From an uncultured delta proteobacterium (GTDB taxonomy: Bacteria > Desulfobacterota > BSN033 > UBA1163), in the NCBI GenBank assembly GCA_963708295.1, contig CAVPSJ010000020.1, forward strand, positions 1 to 64,000: a DNA stretch of 64,000 nucleotides. Reading direction: 5' to 3'. Positions 62,963 through 64,000 of the stretch are shown one piece after another. The first letter of the stretch is position 1, and each line of letters starts with the position of its first letter. A program made the translations under genes and the position numbers. The notes under the pieces are model-generated. The model searched no databases and was not told the DNA's origin. It saw nothing but the letters and a program-made list of their open reading frames with translations.

Positions 62963-64000
62963 GAACCCGTTAATCGGGCTTAAGGAAATCGGACAGAGCG
63001 CTTGGCTCGACAATCTGAGCAGAAAGCTGATCCACTCGGGCGAATTGAAGCGCCTGATCGATGAAGACGGGTTGAGCGGAATCACCTCCAATCCGACCAT
63101 TTTCCAGAAGGCGATTTCAGGGAGCACTGATTATGATTCTACCCTGCGAAGGATGATCGATCAAGGAGTAAAGGACGAGAAAGAACTTTTTCTCGGGCTG
63201 GCCATGGAAGATGTCTCCGATGCGGCAGATCTCTTGTGGCCTACCTACCAGTCAGCGAATGGGCAGGATGGATTTGTGAGCATCGAAGTGTCTCCTGACC
63301 TTGCTTACGAAACAGATGCAACGATTTCAGAAGCGAGGCGTCTATTCTCAACGATCGGGAAAAAAAACATACTGGTGAAGGTCCCGGGGACGAAACAAGG
63401 GGTCCCTGCGATTGAGGAATTGACGAGCGAAGGGGTCAATGTCAATGTAACCCTTCTCTTTTCGACGGAGCGATATGAAGAGATCGCGGAGGCTTATCTC
63501 AAGGGGCTGGAAAGAAGGGCAAGCAAAGGGCAGCCGATCGATGAAATCGCTTCTGTGGCCAGCTTCTTTGTCAGCCGGGTGGACACACTCGCGGACAAGC
63601 TTCTCGAAGTTCGGCTTTCCTCGGCCGCCTCGAAGACCGAGAAAGATAAATTAGCGAATCTTTTTGGAAAGGCAGCCGTGGCGAATGCAAAGGTCGCCTA
63701 TAAAAAATACAGGAACATCTTCTCCGGCCGACGTTTTCTCGCTTTAAAAGCAAAAGGCGGCCACATCCAACGAATATTATGGGGAAGTACGGGAACAAAA
63801 AATCCCAAGTATAGCGATATCAAGTATGTGGAGGAGTTAATTGCTCCCGACAGCATCAACACGCTTCCAGAAGCAACCATCAAGGCCTTTAAGGACCATG
63901 GTCAAGTGAAGATCACCATTCACAATGATCTTGGAGACGCTGAAAAGGTGTTTCCTGAGCTGAAGTCGATGGGAGTAGACATCCGTGAAGTGACGGACCA
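62955..64000 (+). CDS. tal: Transaldolase (3'-truncated by the window edge)
   Basis: [52 protein letters not shown]. Confidence 0.92.
   Translation, partial: MNKNPLIGLKEIGQSAWLDNLSRKLIHSGELKRLIDEDGLSGITSNPTIFQKAISGSTDYDSTLRRMIDQGVKDEKELFLGLAMEDVSDAADLLWPTYQSANGQDGFVSIEVSPDLAYETDATISEARRLFSTIGKKNILVKVPGTKQGVPAIEELTSEGVNVNVTLLFSTERYEEIAEAYLKGLERRASKGQPIDEIASVASFFVSRVDTLADKLLEVRLSSAASKTEKDKLANLFGKAAVANAKVAYKKYRNIFSGRRFLALKAKGGHIQRILWGSTGTKNPKYSDIKYVEELIAPDSINTLPEATIKAFKDHGQVKITIHNDLGDAEKVFPELKSMGVDIREVTD

Overview
Bacterial chromosomal window. Gene content (Psr-type Mo enzyme, TmcB/C-like proteins, AddAB, sigma-54 regulators, selenoproteins) suggests an anaerobic Desulfobacterota/Deltaproteobacteria-like organism (inference). 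Many genes are split by single-base indels, typical of an unpolished long-read assembly. Layout: (1) 1-7027, a sigma-54 activator and a sigma-54 operon for a periplasmic polysulfide/thiosulfate/selenite-reductase-like complex (rhodanese, PsrA, PsrB, TorD-like chaperone, small Tat lipoprotein, PsrC). (2) About 7177-22220, a mosaic accessory island that starts at a tRNA-fMet att remnant and carries an integrase, an IS701-like element, redox and stress genes and a PocR-TusA-TmcC/TmcB module. (3) 22389-64000, mostly core genes (thiolase-OB fusion, LOG, beta-CASP nuclease, TA modules, addAB, thiE/L/M, ahpC, acyl-CoA synthetase, a metal ABC importer, GH15, tkt-rpiB-tal). Main discovery: three probable selenoproteins that the ORF track misses or truncates, each an in-frame UGA followed by a SECIS-like hairpin. 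The most novel is an 87-aa Tat lipoprotein inside the Psr operon that ends in -VAGG-Sec-Ser, resembling the SoxY GGC sulfur-carrier arm. The other two are an OsmC-like protein and a small exported MsrA/HMA-like protein beside a Met-rich peptide and a sulfite-oxidase-family enzyme. Also notable are a His/Cys-rich RAPP arrest-type leader peptide with an anti-SD helix ahead of the metal importer, and a riboswitch-like motif ahead of an outer-membrane transporter.
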